Below are positions 13,472-26,256 of a stretch of 64,000 nucleotides of DNA, one piece after another. Origin of the DNA: Polymyxa betae A26-41. Taxonomy: Eukaryota; Protista; Endomyxa: Phytomyxea. Every line of letters starts with the position of its first letter. The stretch's first letter is position 1. The position numbers were made by a program, and so were the translations under genes. Where the stretch lies: NCBI GenBank assembly GCA_003693705.1, contig RBZT01000657.1, forward strand, positions 1 to 64,000, written 5' to 3'. The notes under the pieces are model-generated. The model saw only the letters and a program-made list of their open reading frames with translations. It made no database searches and was not told the origin of the DNA.

Positions 13472-13546
13472 ATGTTTTTTCTTCAATACAAGTCTTCTTA
13501 CCGTTTCTACAGTCGTTATATGACTGGCTGATGTATCAGAACAATC

Positions 13547-15017
13547 ATGTCGCTTGATGATGAGAAGAACGCCCTGCTGGTGTACTATCGAAATCTGGCC
13601 GGTCAGCTCCAGCATCCCCCTCTATGAATCTATTCGCTAAACGGCACCAGATACGTTCGAGAAAGAGCGCCTTGATCTGATCCGGAAGATCGACCACATC
13701 GATGTGCATCGTTCAGAGCTACAGAAAGCTCAGTTAGAAATCGCTAAAAGAAATGACCAGATTGTTCAATTACAAAGTGCTCTAAGTGATGCCCATCTTT
13801 ATCTATTTGATGAACGCGATCATCTACTCAAACTCACATCTGAGAATGATGAACTTCGTGGTTAACTCAAAAACCCAGATTGCTCCAAACACTATTGATT
13901 CCTGTTCAGTGCGCGATTACGAGAATCGACAACGGATTCAGGATCTGTTGGCATTGACAAAGCCGGTCACACAAGAGGTGACGTACTTCCGAGATGCCAA
14001 ACCGAAAGTGTTCTCGAGACCGTCAGGGCCAGTTACTGACCAAAATCAACCTGGGAATGTGATTAGAACCATCTATCTGTCAAGTAACAAATCTGTCGAA
14101 CATTTAGAGGCGATTATTGAATCTTTGAAACAACGACTAATTGAAACGGTAATTTGTATGAAAGCTACAAAAATTTGTGTTTGAAGATCTCATCTCTTTC
14201 TGTTATGAAAGCGTCATTTTAGCATCTTGTATTTCCGATGGCGAACTATTCTTAAAAATATGGAAAATCTGTCATTCTGAGTTGGTGGCATCATTTAGGA
14301 GAAACTAAATGACGAGCGAGAACGTGCCCGTCGTCAAGATCGGAATATTCGTATTCAAGAGAGCAAAGCAGCCGCAGCCGAGTATGCAGCTGCTTTAAGG
14401 ACCTTAGAGGAGAAAGTCACCTCACTTTCGAGTTCCAATCGAGACATTCTGAAAGGTGCTATAACAATTAGGGTTCACGACTGTGCTAAAATTCCTGCCT
14501 TAGAGCATTTGATTATGCGATATGAATTTCAGCAAGAACGACGCCGATTGATGGAAGATATCGAGAAATCTCGAGAGTGTGCGAAAGATGCAGTGGATCA
14601 ACTGAATAATTGTAGATTTGAAATGGAAAAGACGATCGAGGTTGGGATTGGCTTTCCAACCGGTCTTGTTCAATGCCTTGTGATCCTAACGATGCTATTA
14701 AACAGGGAATCAGGAATAAAGAAGCATCTCATTCTGCAGAGATCACGGCCGAATTTCGGCGTCAAGCGATGGACAAAGAAGAGGCTCTAACTCTGGTTCG
14801 CGAGCAAGCGTTTGTGACGCAACGCCTGTACGAGCAAAAGATCGCGGCGATCGAAGAGGCTAACAGTAAACTGCTGAAGAAATATCGAGCTTTGGAGCGT
14901 AGACGTGCTCTGGATCTTGAAGGTAAACGACGTGATAAACAGCTCCATGGTGATAAGAAAGCTCTGGAATATTTCCAACAAATCTGCAAGAAGAATCTAG
15001 CTCAATATTTATTATAG
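13547..15017 (+). CDS. CCDC77: CCDC77-like centriolar coiled-coil protein (3' end uncertain)
   Basis: Spliced reading LQSALSDAHLYLFDERDHLLKLTSENDELR..DYENRQRIQDLLAL and C-terminal LERRRALDLEG, both recalled CCDC77 hallmarks. Confidence 0.78.
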
Positions 15018-15064
15018 AAACCAACATACACAGGCACATACTCAGAGTTGTTAAAATCCTCGTT

Positions 15065-16841
15065 CTATCTAAACGAAGATTTATTGAATTGAGTCGCAAC
15101 AAAATCCTGACGAAAATCTGCATCCAGATCAGCGTCGTCATCGTTATCCGACCCATCAAAGATATGATGTTTGGTTCCGGTCCGACTCCCGGAACCATTA
15201 ATCGATGCAAACGACATTGGTCTGGCTGACCTCCTAGGTCGCTCCTTTCCCATCCCGTAGTCAAACGGTTGCTGAAACGGCAGCACGAGCGGCGCCTGGC
15301 GGACCGGGGGCCGGTACGCCCCGCTGGTATCCGGCAGCGGGTCCGGTCGACTGGGCGTGATCTCCACCGGGAACACCTCTTCTTCTTCCGATCCGAAGAT
15401 CGGATCCGAATTTCGTCGCAGCGGATTGCGACGATTGGGGCCAGCCTTCCCTCGATCGTTTTTGGCGGTCGCTGGCGCTGTCCTTCTGCCGCTGCTGTAT
15501 ACGATTCGCGGCGGCTGATTTTTCTGCTTGGCTGATCGTCCATGCGGGTTGACCGCCATTGAGTAATGTGTGCTATTGAGATCATGAAAATCTTTCTTGG
15601 TTCGTCTTGTATGTGACGTCCTGACGGTCCCGGTTGGCGTTAGATGACGAAGCCTTTGGGCATCCGATTCCAGATCCTCACTATCGTCCGGAATACTCTG
15701 TTCGAAATCGCGACGATCTCCTTTGAACAGACCCTGCGATACCATTACTCCAATAGCCGCTCGACTTAAATCCCTGAATAGAAATCAGTAAGTAGTCAAA
15801 TGTTGGTTAAAAGCGCGATGTTGGGAAAGAATGGGAACTGTCTGCAGAGATAGTTGACCTTTGTTCTTCCTTCTGTCTGGCTTCCTGATGCAGTTTCCTT
15901 CGAGCTGATGCATACAGAACGGCAGCTATGGCCAGTAGACCGAACAATCCAGCAAATACGATGGCGAATAGAACGGCATTGCTGCTGGACGAGCTGGTCG
16001 TCGGCTGATCCGGAGTCGAATACGCCGAATACGCTTTGACCTTAAGACAGTCGGCGATCGACACGAACGAGTACTGTTTGGATCCGTTCAGAACCTCGGC
16101 CAGAATCGTCGTCTGTAGCCCATTCGGCATTGTGAATGTTTGAACGACTCGATCACCATTCTGTAGGACGATAATGAACGATCCATATCGTCTACCAATG
16201 CCGATCCCGGAATCAATTGAACGATTTAATGACGCCGCTAACATCTGCTTGTATTGCTGGACCAACGTCCTCTCCGTTCTTGAGCTATCCCAATCGCCAA
16301 AATCATAATTCCAGAGTGCCACAACCTGTCCATTGGTTCGAGCATCGGCGACCTCACCGCCAACATCATCTAATGTTAATGGACGTCTGAGCACAGGATG
16401 ATACCCGATGATCTTCACGAGCTGGGCTCCACAGACATCGTTATCTTGAGATCCGGTCGCATGACAGGCGACAGTATGACCATCAGCAACCATCTGTTTC
16501 AATGTCTGTTGAAGGGTCGTGCTGCTCACGAACAGATCGGGCTCGACAAAGAACGTGGCGACGACGTTGGCGGCGCGAAGGATTTCCAATACTTGTGACG
16601 TCCATTCATTCGGTCCACCATTCAAGGTGATCGAAATAACCGGGTCGATTCCTCGACCATTCTGACAGTCGTACGCCGGTTCCAACGTAACGATATCGGC
16701 ACCGCGCACGGCGACCACGGCGGCCAGTACGGCCCAGAGCGCCAGCAGCCACCGTCTGCGCCGTTTCCAGGCCCAGATGGAGGTTGTCATGACGCCACCA
16801 TCACCAGACCAGGTTTGTGCAGATAATTCGGGTCTTCGCAA
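15065..16841 (-). CDS. Type-I membrane protein: signal/anchor + degenerate CE4 (NodB polysaccharide/chitin deacetylase) domain + TM + disordered cytoplasmic tail
   Basis: Hydrophobic N-terminus WLLALWAVLAAVVAVRG, CE4-like ISITLNGGPNEWTSQVLEILRAANVVATFFV..MVADGHTVACH..WNYDFGDW, and TM AVLFAIVFAGLFGLLAIAAVLYASARRK. GT-AG intron 15858-15774 joins in frame to ORF 15065-15745. Start is 16841 or 16790. Confidence 0.8.
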
Positions 16842-16915
16842 TCAGGCCGGCACGCGCCCCGCTCCGGAACGTGATTTCGCCATACGGCGGCGGACGTACC
16901 CGCCCCCCAAGGCAA

Positions 16916-19900
16916 TCAGTGCTGGCGGCCCGACAAGAACGCCGATCCGGTCATTGAGAGGTCGTCGTCGTGCATGATGAAGACGCTGTTCGCGGCCATG
17001 GCTTCAGCGACCGCCGGGGACGGCCCAGCACGACCAGCGATGACGGGAGGAAGGCGGATGCGGTTCTTCCGCGCCAGACGCGCCGCATGCATCTTGAGCT
17101 GGGCCGCTGCGATCGGGGCGACTGCCGCTGCGAACGATTCAACGTCGGCGGCGGTCGATGATGTTGATGGTGATCGGAAGTGGACGGACGCCAACGATTG
17201 CGAATTACGACGTGATTGTAGAGAGTCCTGGAAGATCACAGGATCGGTTTGAATCTCGATCGATGTAAGTTGAGGCGTGACGGAGGCCGTGGTGATCGCG
17301 CCGGTATTGAGCTCAACATCGCAGATAGTCATGGTCTGTATGGCGATTGAGATCGTCTTGACACTCTTGACCGGTTCTGTTCGATCTCTCTGAAGATATT
17401 CGAGAATGGCATCGCGGCTGTATCGGGGCTTCTCAGTCACCTCCGATGCACTCTGCTTATCATCCAAGTTCGCTGCTTGCAGCGATTTCGACTCAGCTTC
17501 TATTTGAGCTTTCTCTTGTTGTAGAACCTGTAGCAAATAAATTTGTGACCTAACATTAAAACTCGCCAGGAAACGTAATGATCGAAATTCTGAAAAAAAT
17601 AAACACTGACTCGGATTTGTTCTTCGAAACGTCGGGTCAGTTCACGATTCGATTTAGCTTGTTCGGCGAGATCACGAGATAAAGATTTGCATTGTTCAAC
17701 GCGGCTCAGCAGAAGCTTTTCCAACTCGTGCTCCACTTCCGAAGCATTAGTAAGACGGTTCTCGTAATCAGCCACAATCTGTTTGTGTGATTCGCACAGC
17801 TCGCTCATTTCCTTCTCTGATCGCAATCGACCTTCTTCGGCCTCGCTCACAGCTTGCTGAATTCGCTGTTCCATTTCCCGACTGCATACTTTTAGGGTCT
17901 AGGGTTTGTAAGGGTTTTCGAGACTTACCGAAGCGTCTCTTTAGCAAGTCGCTGTTGATCACATTGATTTCGGCTCTGCAATAGCGTCTGTTTGACATCT
18001 TCGTGTAGGTTTGTCAGACGAACATTGGTTTCAAGAGCCTCGACCAGGTCCGTCTTAACGCTGTTCAAGCGCCCTTCTAAAGTTGCAGTCTTCGCCATCT
18101 GCACATCCAAATCGATCTTTAAGCCTTGAATAACGGCCGCATTCTCCTGAACAAATCAGGTCAGATATGCTTCATTCATGTTTTGGCGTTCATTTGTTAT
18201 TCAAGCAATGAAACAGTTTACCTCAATAGACTGAAGATGTTTGGCGATTTGGGAAGTCTTATCTGTAATCGTTGCCTGAAGATTGCTCACATCCTGCTGT
18301 AGCTGCTCTTGCGTCGCTTTCAAATTCATCGTCATCTCAACGTATTCGTCCCGTTGAACACAGACGCTTTGATTCTCATATCGCAGCTGGTCGATCTCAC
18401 GCTGATGCTGCCCCATGATCGCTTTCAGCTGCTCTTTATTTTCATTCACCGTCAACATCAACGATTCGATTCGTTGCAATTGTTGATCGCCGCCTTGATT
18501 CAGCAGTAGAATCTTAGCCCTAGCATCCATCAGCTCACGATGTTCACCAGCGAATCGCCGGCAGTTATCATTCCAGGCACGACGCATATTGGCCAGTTGC
18601 TCCCGCAGACAGAACAGCTGTGTTGATGTCGTTCGTGATTCGGCGTTGCTGCAGTTCAGCTGGGCCGCGAGCTCATCGCGTGTCTTCGTGATGTCTTTCA
18701 GCTCGGCCGTCTGGCCTTCGAACAGTTCACGAAGCGCCAGCAGCTCTAATCGGGCGCGGTCCAGTTCGGTGGAGCGCGTTCGAAGCTGCTCGGTGGCCGT
18801 CGTCAGCTTGGTTCGTAGTTCGGCATTATCTGTGGTTAAACCATCAACTGTCTGGACGGCGGCCGAATATTCCTATCATGATTGAGATGATATCGGCATA
18901 TCAATAGACCAATCCCAACCTTTTCAAGCGCCTCCCGAGAAGCGCCTTCTAAAGTGAGTTTCCGGGTGGTCTCGGCCAGATCAGTCCTCAATTGAGCGAT
19001 GATGCGATCTTGAACTTGACGGTTATGCATTAAGTCATTCATACGACCGAGATCAGCTCGATGGGCAGCCTGCGCTAATTGTAGGGCAGAGAGCAGCTCT
19101 GTGGCGCGACGTTCGCAACGAGACTTTTCTTGAGCCAGCGTGCGTTCAGCAAACTCCATCTCCAGGAATTTCTTATCGTAATCGGCCAACTGGTCTTCGA
19201 GTTTCTTCCTGTTATAAGGATGGATCAGTACGAGGATGCAGAGTATCCTCAAATTGAATTCGAGGTTTCAGATTACTTTTTCAATGTGACAATACCGATT
19301 AAGGCATCGGTTTCAGATTTATCTCTTCGTAATCGATCGATGTCGACCATGCTTTGCGCCAATCGGCTCTTCCAAGTTCCAACCTGCTGGATCAAGTCGA
19401 CGTTTTGTAAGCGGTTGCTCGCCATCGTCTGCTTTAAGGAATCGGCGTCTTGTTGTAACAGACTGATGGTGGCCTCCATCTGGTTAATGATGGCGTCTTT
19501 GTTATTGATCAAATCAGTGAGCTCTTTCATTTCTTTCTGCCAGCTCTGCTTTTGCTGAGCCGTGGCCGACGACATTCGCATCTGCCGATCATGAAACTCC
19601 AACAAACGCAGCATCAGATCAGTTCTGACATCGCTCATGGCGGTCTTCGCTTTATGCTCGCTTGAGATGTCTACAATGGTCCAGTACACCTTCCAAATCC
19701 GTTTAGAAGCCTCAGGATTGAGCGATGAAAGCAGCTCCAGAATCCCATGGCTATAGACAAACAAGCCGCGATAAAGTCGATCGATTTGTGCTGTCTCGAG
19801 TCCCAGTTCAGCGAGCTGATTTCGAGCGATTCCAAGATTGTATAAAGCACGACGTTGTAAGGCATATGGAGCCGGCTGTGTTTTACTATCGGGTAGAAGG

Positions 19901-20058
19901 GCGTCGATATTATCACAGACTTGAATAAGTGAATCTCGGCCAATGCGATCATTCAACCAGCATTCCACAGCGGCGCTGGATTTCAACGGCTGCGCCAGAA
20001 TAGGATCTGAGCGAAATTCATTGGGAACGGGGTCCGATACGATTTGTTCTGTTTTCAT
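16916..20058 (-). CDS. Long uncharacterised coiled-coil protein, multi-exon
   Basis: Consecutive minus-strand E/Q/L/K-rich heptad ORFs (19273-20058, 18836-19252, 18201-18587, 17925-18110, 17500-17874, 16916-17536) separated by short GT-AG introns. Confidence 0.7.
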
Positions 20059-20269
20059 TTAGAAAGAAACTAAAAAGAATTTAACATGTCGATACCCAGT
20101 TTTGAGCGAAAGAATTTGCTAAAGGCGGCGAAGGGGTCACCCGCCTTCGTCGAAGGCTGCTTGGTGCCGACACCGGGAATAACCGTTTGCATTTATCGAA
20201 ACATTTGGATATACAGCTGATAGGATATTATGGTCAGGAAGATAAGATCTTTATTTCAGGTACGTTTGA

Positions 20270-21092
20270 TCAGCTTTTCTCAGTTGATGGTTTTCGCTGA
20301 AGATACCACAAAACTATGTCGCCATCAGCACTTAAACCGTTGGCCTTTGTTTTGAATTCCTCGAAAGAAATGACATCGTCGCGCTGCTTATTCAAAGAAG
20401 AATAATAACGTTCGGCGAGACCTTGTCCAGAAAGGATGGACCATTCGGGTGGGAGTATTCGAGTTTGCTTTAATAAACAGGATCCAGAGAAATGGCCAGT
20501 TCTTAACATACAATCAAGCCAATTAGAAAACAACTCAAAGTTTAATGGGCCCAAATCAGGATCGATTACTCGCCAGGTAAGTTCAAGCTCGGCGCCTTTT
20601 GCTAGCGAAGAAACACCAACAGCAATCTCCAGCGAGTCGAGCCGATTCTGTTTATCGGTGGGAGAGTTTCGAAACAAACATAATATTTCCCATGGCTGAA
20701 TAGATGAGGTTTCACGACCAATCAGATAACTTAATTGTTCGGATGACCAGTTTCTCTGGGTTCTGAGTTCGCTTTGAAGGCGCTCAACTGGGAAATATTA
20801 AATTCTAACCAAGTTGCTTCAACAAAACCGAACCTTGTTTGTGTGACAAATTCGATCGTTTTGATAAATCTTCCACTTCACTACGAAGAGGAGAGATCAA
20901 ATGTGTTGAAGCGTCCTGAAGAGCCGATGTCTTTCTTCGGTCACGAACAATATAGTATGCAATAGGGGCAGAAACGCCTAAGGCCACATGCCAGAACTTA
21001 ATGCCACCACCAGATGATGCCGCTGCAGTAGGGGCATCTGTCGTCGCTGTTGACAAGACACGACTCGACGACCTGCATAGTCTCCGCAACAT
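20270..21092 (-). CDS. Putative mitochondrial single-TM protein with degenerate EF-hands
   Basis: R/S-rich presequence-like MLRRLCRSSSRVLST, hydrophobic FWHVALGVSAPIAYYIV, and EF-like segments DKQNRLDSLE and NKQRDDVISFEEF. Confidence 0.55.
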
Positions 21093-21776
21093 CGACGCTT
21101 GTCCACGGTCCGAGACGTCCGCTGACGCCTTTTGATGGTCGACATTGTCTTCACGATTAAATAAAGAGCATTTGGAAGGCGACTGAGAGGGTTGCGACGT
21201 CATCATTGACACGTTTCACATGACATGATGAAACGATAAAACTGAATAAATTGGAGCCTTCGACCAATTCACTCACGTTCAGATTGTCTACCGTTTAGAA
21301 TTGAATAATATGGTAGTCCATCATGCAGGTAATACTACATTGACCTGTTTCATGTTGTAAGAAGCTCAACATCAGATTGCAGGATCAGTGACAAGAGAAT
21401 CGCAGATCAATTAAGATTTGGCCGAACTTCAACAAGATTGAGCACAAAGTATCGAGCTGTTCAGTTGTGCGTTTTTTGATAAGCCAGAATTTGTAATTTT
21501 AATTGGAGAGCGCATCTGGCTAATAAGCTCCTCCAAAATAGCACAGAAATACACTAAGCCATTCAATCTATTTATAGCGGTACCGAATTATCTTCAAGCA
21601 AACAGACAGAGAGAGCAATAACATAAAAAACTACAACGAGCATTATCTGCAGGAGATCAATGGGAAACCTTGATCTCCCAACGAAAGCTCCATTATCACT
21701 GCCTCTGTATCTGTTAATCTGGATCGACGGAGGCTTGACGAAATGGGGTTTTCGATGAGCCTTTGCTTTCCGGGTC

Positions 21777-21837
21777 GGCGAAATCCCCTCTGCGCAAATT
21801 TCTGTTGGGCGAAATCCCTTCAGCGCAATTTCTGTTG
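21777..21837. repeat. Imperfect 30-31-bp tandem duplication in a divergent intergenic region
   Basis: GGCGAAATCCCCTCTGCGCAAATTTCTGTTG followed directly by GGCGAAATCCCTTCAGCGCAATTTCTGTTG. Confidence 0.8.
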
Positions 21838-22028
21838 CCTGTTGACGTGTTGACCCAGATGTTCATAGACCCTAACACATTGAGACAGTCCCTTATTTGT
21901 AGACTGTCATGCGAGCCTGTATCTAAACACAGCCGTAAATCTATACAATAATGGTCGATTCACAGGTCGTCGCCCGAAAGCATTGACCAAAGCCCCGAGC
22001 CTCCGACGGCTGCCGCGCTCCCAAGGCT

Positions 22029-23623
22029 ATGCATCGACTATTGCCTATGCTGGTCAATGATACGACCTGGGCTACGATTCAGGCTACTGATTCCAGCACG
22101 GTTCAGGTAAGGGTAGTATAGATCACGTCTACATTAGCATCAACCCTTGTCGATCCAGGAATTGATTTTAGCATTGAACGCGGGTCGGAATGTCGGAAGC
22201 TGTTCTGCTCTACTCATGACGTTATGCTACAATGAGAATGGCGGTACGGTTGCTGGCGAAAACGTAGGGACTTATTAATTTGAAAAATTCGTTGCAGATA
22301 AAACTGAACGAGTCTTATCACCGCAAGAAATTCCCATGAAGCTGATTGCGGGCCACAGTCATAGTACATCCAGGCCTTCGGTTTCGATACTTTGTTATTG
22401 ACCTGCATGAATTTAGCTAAAGATCGTCCATTTGTTCGGATCGTGATTCCTTCAACGTTGACGTTAGAGAAGCAACGAATAGGTACTACTCTAATCGGTT
22501 AAGTTCTTCAATAGTGATTTTCATTGTAGTTCCAGAATTTTGCGGCTTTGCCGACATTAAAGCTCATCGAAAAGACGTTTGGGCAACACGTTGGATTGCT
22601 CTCAAAGAGCAATTTTTAATGTGGTTTAAAACTCCTCGCGACAAAAAAGTTTGACAAATCGAGCTTGATATAGTTAAGCTGATGCTGGTACATATAGATA
22701 CGAGGTCAGCTAGACCTCAGTGATGCATATTTAGAAGCTAATGTATCGAATGATAACGAAGGTGGTCCTACTAATAAGAGAATGGCGACGCCATATGTCC
22801 TGCAGGTTATTAAACCTGATCGAGCTATCCAACTTCGTTTTGAAAACTCCCATTTGTTGCATGGCTGGTTACAGGCTCTGAAACAGCACTGTTCACTTGA
22901 TACCGTAAGCTCTCCATTCTGTGCTCAAACATTCTATGATGACGGTTTTTCAGGATAATTTACATTTCGATTTTATCAAAGAAGATATTGAGCAACATGA
23001 ACTTCAAAGATGGTCCAAATGTGAAGAACGATTTCAAAAATATGCAAGGATTTCCGCTGTTCTTGATTGCCCAAAGGCATTCAATTTTTTCTTGTCGTAT
23101 TTGAAACGGGCTCATTCTGAAGAAGGTTATCAAACTAATTGCTTGCTCACATTGGTTTGTTGATGTGATAACATACAGGCTTGCTGTTTTGGCGAGCAGT
23201 TAAAAAGTTTAAAAGCGACCAGATTTCTGATAAGCATGCTGTCGAAATTGCTCAGACTATATTTGACAAGTTTATTACCCCAGGTAATTTGTTCAATGTC
23301 GGCAAATTTTGGATGCCAATTTATTAAGCTTCAGGCTCGCATTGTGAACTTCAATTTTCTTGCCACGATCGTGCAGTTATTGTTTCAGCGCTGAATGCGA
23401 GACCAATTAAGAGAGAATTATTTGACCTGGCGGCAGAATCAATAATAAGGCAGTTAGATCAAGAAAAATTTACTGATTTCAAGTACCATTGTGTATATTG
23501 CATTCCAAATCTCTCATGAATGCTCATAGGAAGAGCTCGTATTTTCGCGCCATTTTATTAGAGCTGGCAAAGTCTCCAAGTTTAGATACATCAGCTCCCT
23601 GTTTGGAAGATTTGTCACTTTAA
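22029..23623 (+). CDS. RA/ubiquitin-like + PH + RGS domain protein
   Basis: Spliced reading: MHRLLPMLVNDTTWATIQATDSSTVQELIL..ERVLSPQEIPMKL (RA-like); EFCGFADIKAHRKDVWATRWIALKEQFLMWFK..RGQLDLSDA..LLHGWLQAL (PH); VLDCPKAFNFFLSYLKRAHSEEGLLFWRAVKKFK..IFDKFITPGS..LFDLA..EKFTDFKKSSYF (RGS). Confidence 0.8.
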
Positions 23624-23937
23624 GACGGCTGATAGACATTGGGCTTCTTTCTATCTCCAAGCTTGAATCTGAGTGTCCGCAATTTCAGATCTCAAGTATG
23701 CATGCAGATCAGCTGGTCTTGCTCCAAGCTCAGTCTTTTCAACTACTCCTGACATGGGATGCTATAAGCTCCCCGTCTTTGTGTGCTGATCTAAGGAATA
23801 TACTGTAAAGCCCAAGATCCTGTAGTAATACGTGTATATATCTAATATTTATAATTTTTTTGTCTTTATTTACGTCATTCGTTGCTTAAGCTGATGTAAG
23901 AAACCGGCAGACGGCAGAGTGTCTCATTCGGCATTCA

Positions 23938-24218
23938 ATGAGTGAGGCGAATTCCGAGACGCGCGCCCAAATCGCTGCTATCATCGCCGACAAGCAGAGT
24001 CGCGGTGAGCTGCCTTATGACAAGATTAAGCCGCATAGATGTAACGACCGCCTGGAAGATGTGATCAGGGGCATCTGGGCATCGCCAATGAATGTCAGAA
24101 AACCATGGTCTATTCTCTGGCAGTGCTTAATGTCAAAAGAGGGGTATGACATTGATATTCTTCTCTTTAAATAACCAAACTCATGGTTTAGGAATGAACC
24201 CAAGGTGAATTTACCATG
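23938..24218 (+). CDS. Possible small hypothetical protein
   Basis: 78-aa ATG ORF with a possible intron near 24144-24191 giving the ending GNEPKVNLP*. No recognisable motif. Confidence 0.3.
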
Positions 24219-24360
24219 AAATCCACCAACGAAGCCGTAAATGCAATAAAAAATCACATTAAATATGCAAAGGGTTTAATAGATAGTACAAAGTCGAGAT
24301 TGTCGGGCCTTGGTTCAAGTCGTATTCAATCCCCAATATATAGAACGTCAACAGTTATGA

Positions 24361-25290
24361 TTAAAGTCGAGCGAAGAAGATTAACGAGATATATCTCGCT
24401 ATAGAAACATGGCCCTTGCGTCGAGCTGCATATAGGTCGCGAACCCGCCGGAACTGACACCTTTTGAAGAGATTCTTGATAAATCGCATGCGTTCTGACT
24501 GACAAGCACCGATCCTTTCCAGGTCGTAGTCGTTGATATCACCCAGCTGGTTCAGATCCTTTTCTGTTAAGCTCGCTCGAGGAACGATCCAGAATTCGGT
24601 CTGGTCAGGGTCGTCGTCGAGTTCGTCATCCATCTCATCAACGAGGTCCCCGACTAAGTTCCAATTGCATCCTCGCCTATTCCAATTCGTTCCATTGATG
24701 ATAACGCAGACGTAATCGACGCCATCTCCAACGTCTTCGAGAGGTGCCATGGCATTGCTGTCAGCATCTTCGGCCACGACGTTATCTTCGCCATTATCAC
24801 TCTGGCTGCCATTCATCAAATCCAACAACGGTAGAGCAGCCTCGTATGGATCCAGCTCCATTAACGAATCGCGGGCGATGTGCGGTCTTGAATTCAACGT
24901 GACCTTCCTCGGCGGTGGTGGGCGTCGACCTTCAACACCATCAACAGCCTTATCATCCAGGCACTGCCTCCACCCACGAATCCTGATAACCAGGCCGGCA
25001 TCGTGTCGGTCCTCAACATCGACGTTTGGCGACGGCTCAGCGGTTTCCGCTGTCGTCGTTTTGACAGAGCGACTCGAACGTCGTCGGCCATGGTCTTCGG
25101 CGGCCTGTTCTGTATCTTCAATGGAAGGGTTGATCAACGTAACCGGCTCGTTAGCCATCAAATTGGGTCGTGAAGCGTCGACCCGACAGAAATCGGGGCG
25201 ATCTGCAAAGTGCGCGGGCGACAACAATGGAATAACAACAAGGTCGTATGAGCGATTCTGATCGGTCCAGCGCCCAGGCAAATCAATCAA
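24361..25290 (-). CDS. Intronless hypothetical protein with acidic/disordered N-terminal part
   Basis: 309-codon open frame whose first ATG gives MANEPVTL. Contains an acidic patch DEMDDELDDDPD and a C-terminal globular-looking segment. Confidence 0.6.
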   Translation of the reverse strand: MIDLPGRWTDQNRSYDLVVIPLLSPAHFADRPDFCRVDASRPNLMANEPVTLINPSIEDTEQAAEDHGRRRSSRSVKTTTAETAEPSPNVDVEDRHDAGLVIRIRGWRQCLDDKAVDGVEGRRPPPPRKVTLNSRPHIARDSLMELDPYEAALPLLDLMNGSQSDNGEDNVVAEDADSNAMAPLEDVGDGVDYVCVIINGTNWNRRGCNWNLVGDLVDEMDDELDDDPDQTEFWIVPRASLTEKDLNQLGDINDYDLERIGACQSERMRFIKNLFKRCQFRRVRDLYAARRKGHVSIARYISLIFFARL

Positions 25291-26256
25291 GTTTGGCTAT
25301 GTATCGGCCGATATATAACCTTGCGACAGACACGAGTCACAGCGGCGGGCGTTGCTTTCTGCTCTCACACTTTGCTATATATCGCAATTCGAGTGTGGCC
25401 CAAAGCTCCGTCCAGAAAATTACATCACGACATCTAAAAGATTTGTAGTTTTTTATTTGTGTTCGCCAGGAACTAGAGCAATTATTCAATTGGGTCGTAA
25501 ATAGACGCCTGGGAGAGGTTACTGCTGATCTATTAGTGCTTATTAAACGGGAAATAAGCTCAGCGAATCGGAGCTGATTGCAATTCATGAATGTCTTTGG
25601 ACTATAAGCCAGTTCTAGTGCATGTTAGGAAGGCCGGCACGAATTTATCAAGCCAAAACAGAGCATTGGCAACTTGTACGGGGAAAGGCGACAGCTATTG
25701 TTTTATTTCTACTGGAGAGACCTAAGAGCACCTATTTGCATCAAAGCGAAAATTGGTCCTCGATATACCCTTGATTTGAATGCTGATGCCAGCTCAATTG
25801 CTTCGATCGATGCATCAAGCATGGGTTGGATCAAGCAATGTATCCAGGTTACGAAAACGCTTCGCCTCCTTGCTACCTACTTGATGTTTGCTTTTGCGAA
25901 CACTTTCTATAAATGCTATTGGGCCTCACTCACTCCAGACTGAACTGGAGGCCCAGCTTCCCCATGATTATGTGTTGTAGAAAGACTGAAGGAATCAATA
26001 AGTCAAAGATGTGGGCTACGTCGTAGAATGTAGCGTATGTCCACTCGGAAGGATACTTCACGACTTTCATTTTCATTTGACCCGCTAATCGGCTTTATGA
26101 ATTCTTCGTCGACCGTGGACTTCTGATCGCCAGATCCTCACAGCCTTTGGATTTACATCATCGTCTCGCTTGCAGAATTGCATTCATACGCACTTCACTA
26201 GATTGGCCGATTCCCATCCATTCAACATTGTTAGCGATTAATTGAAGTATCAAAAC

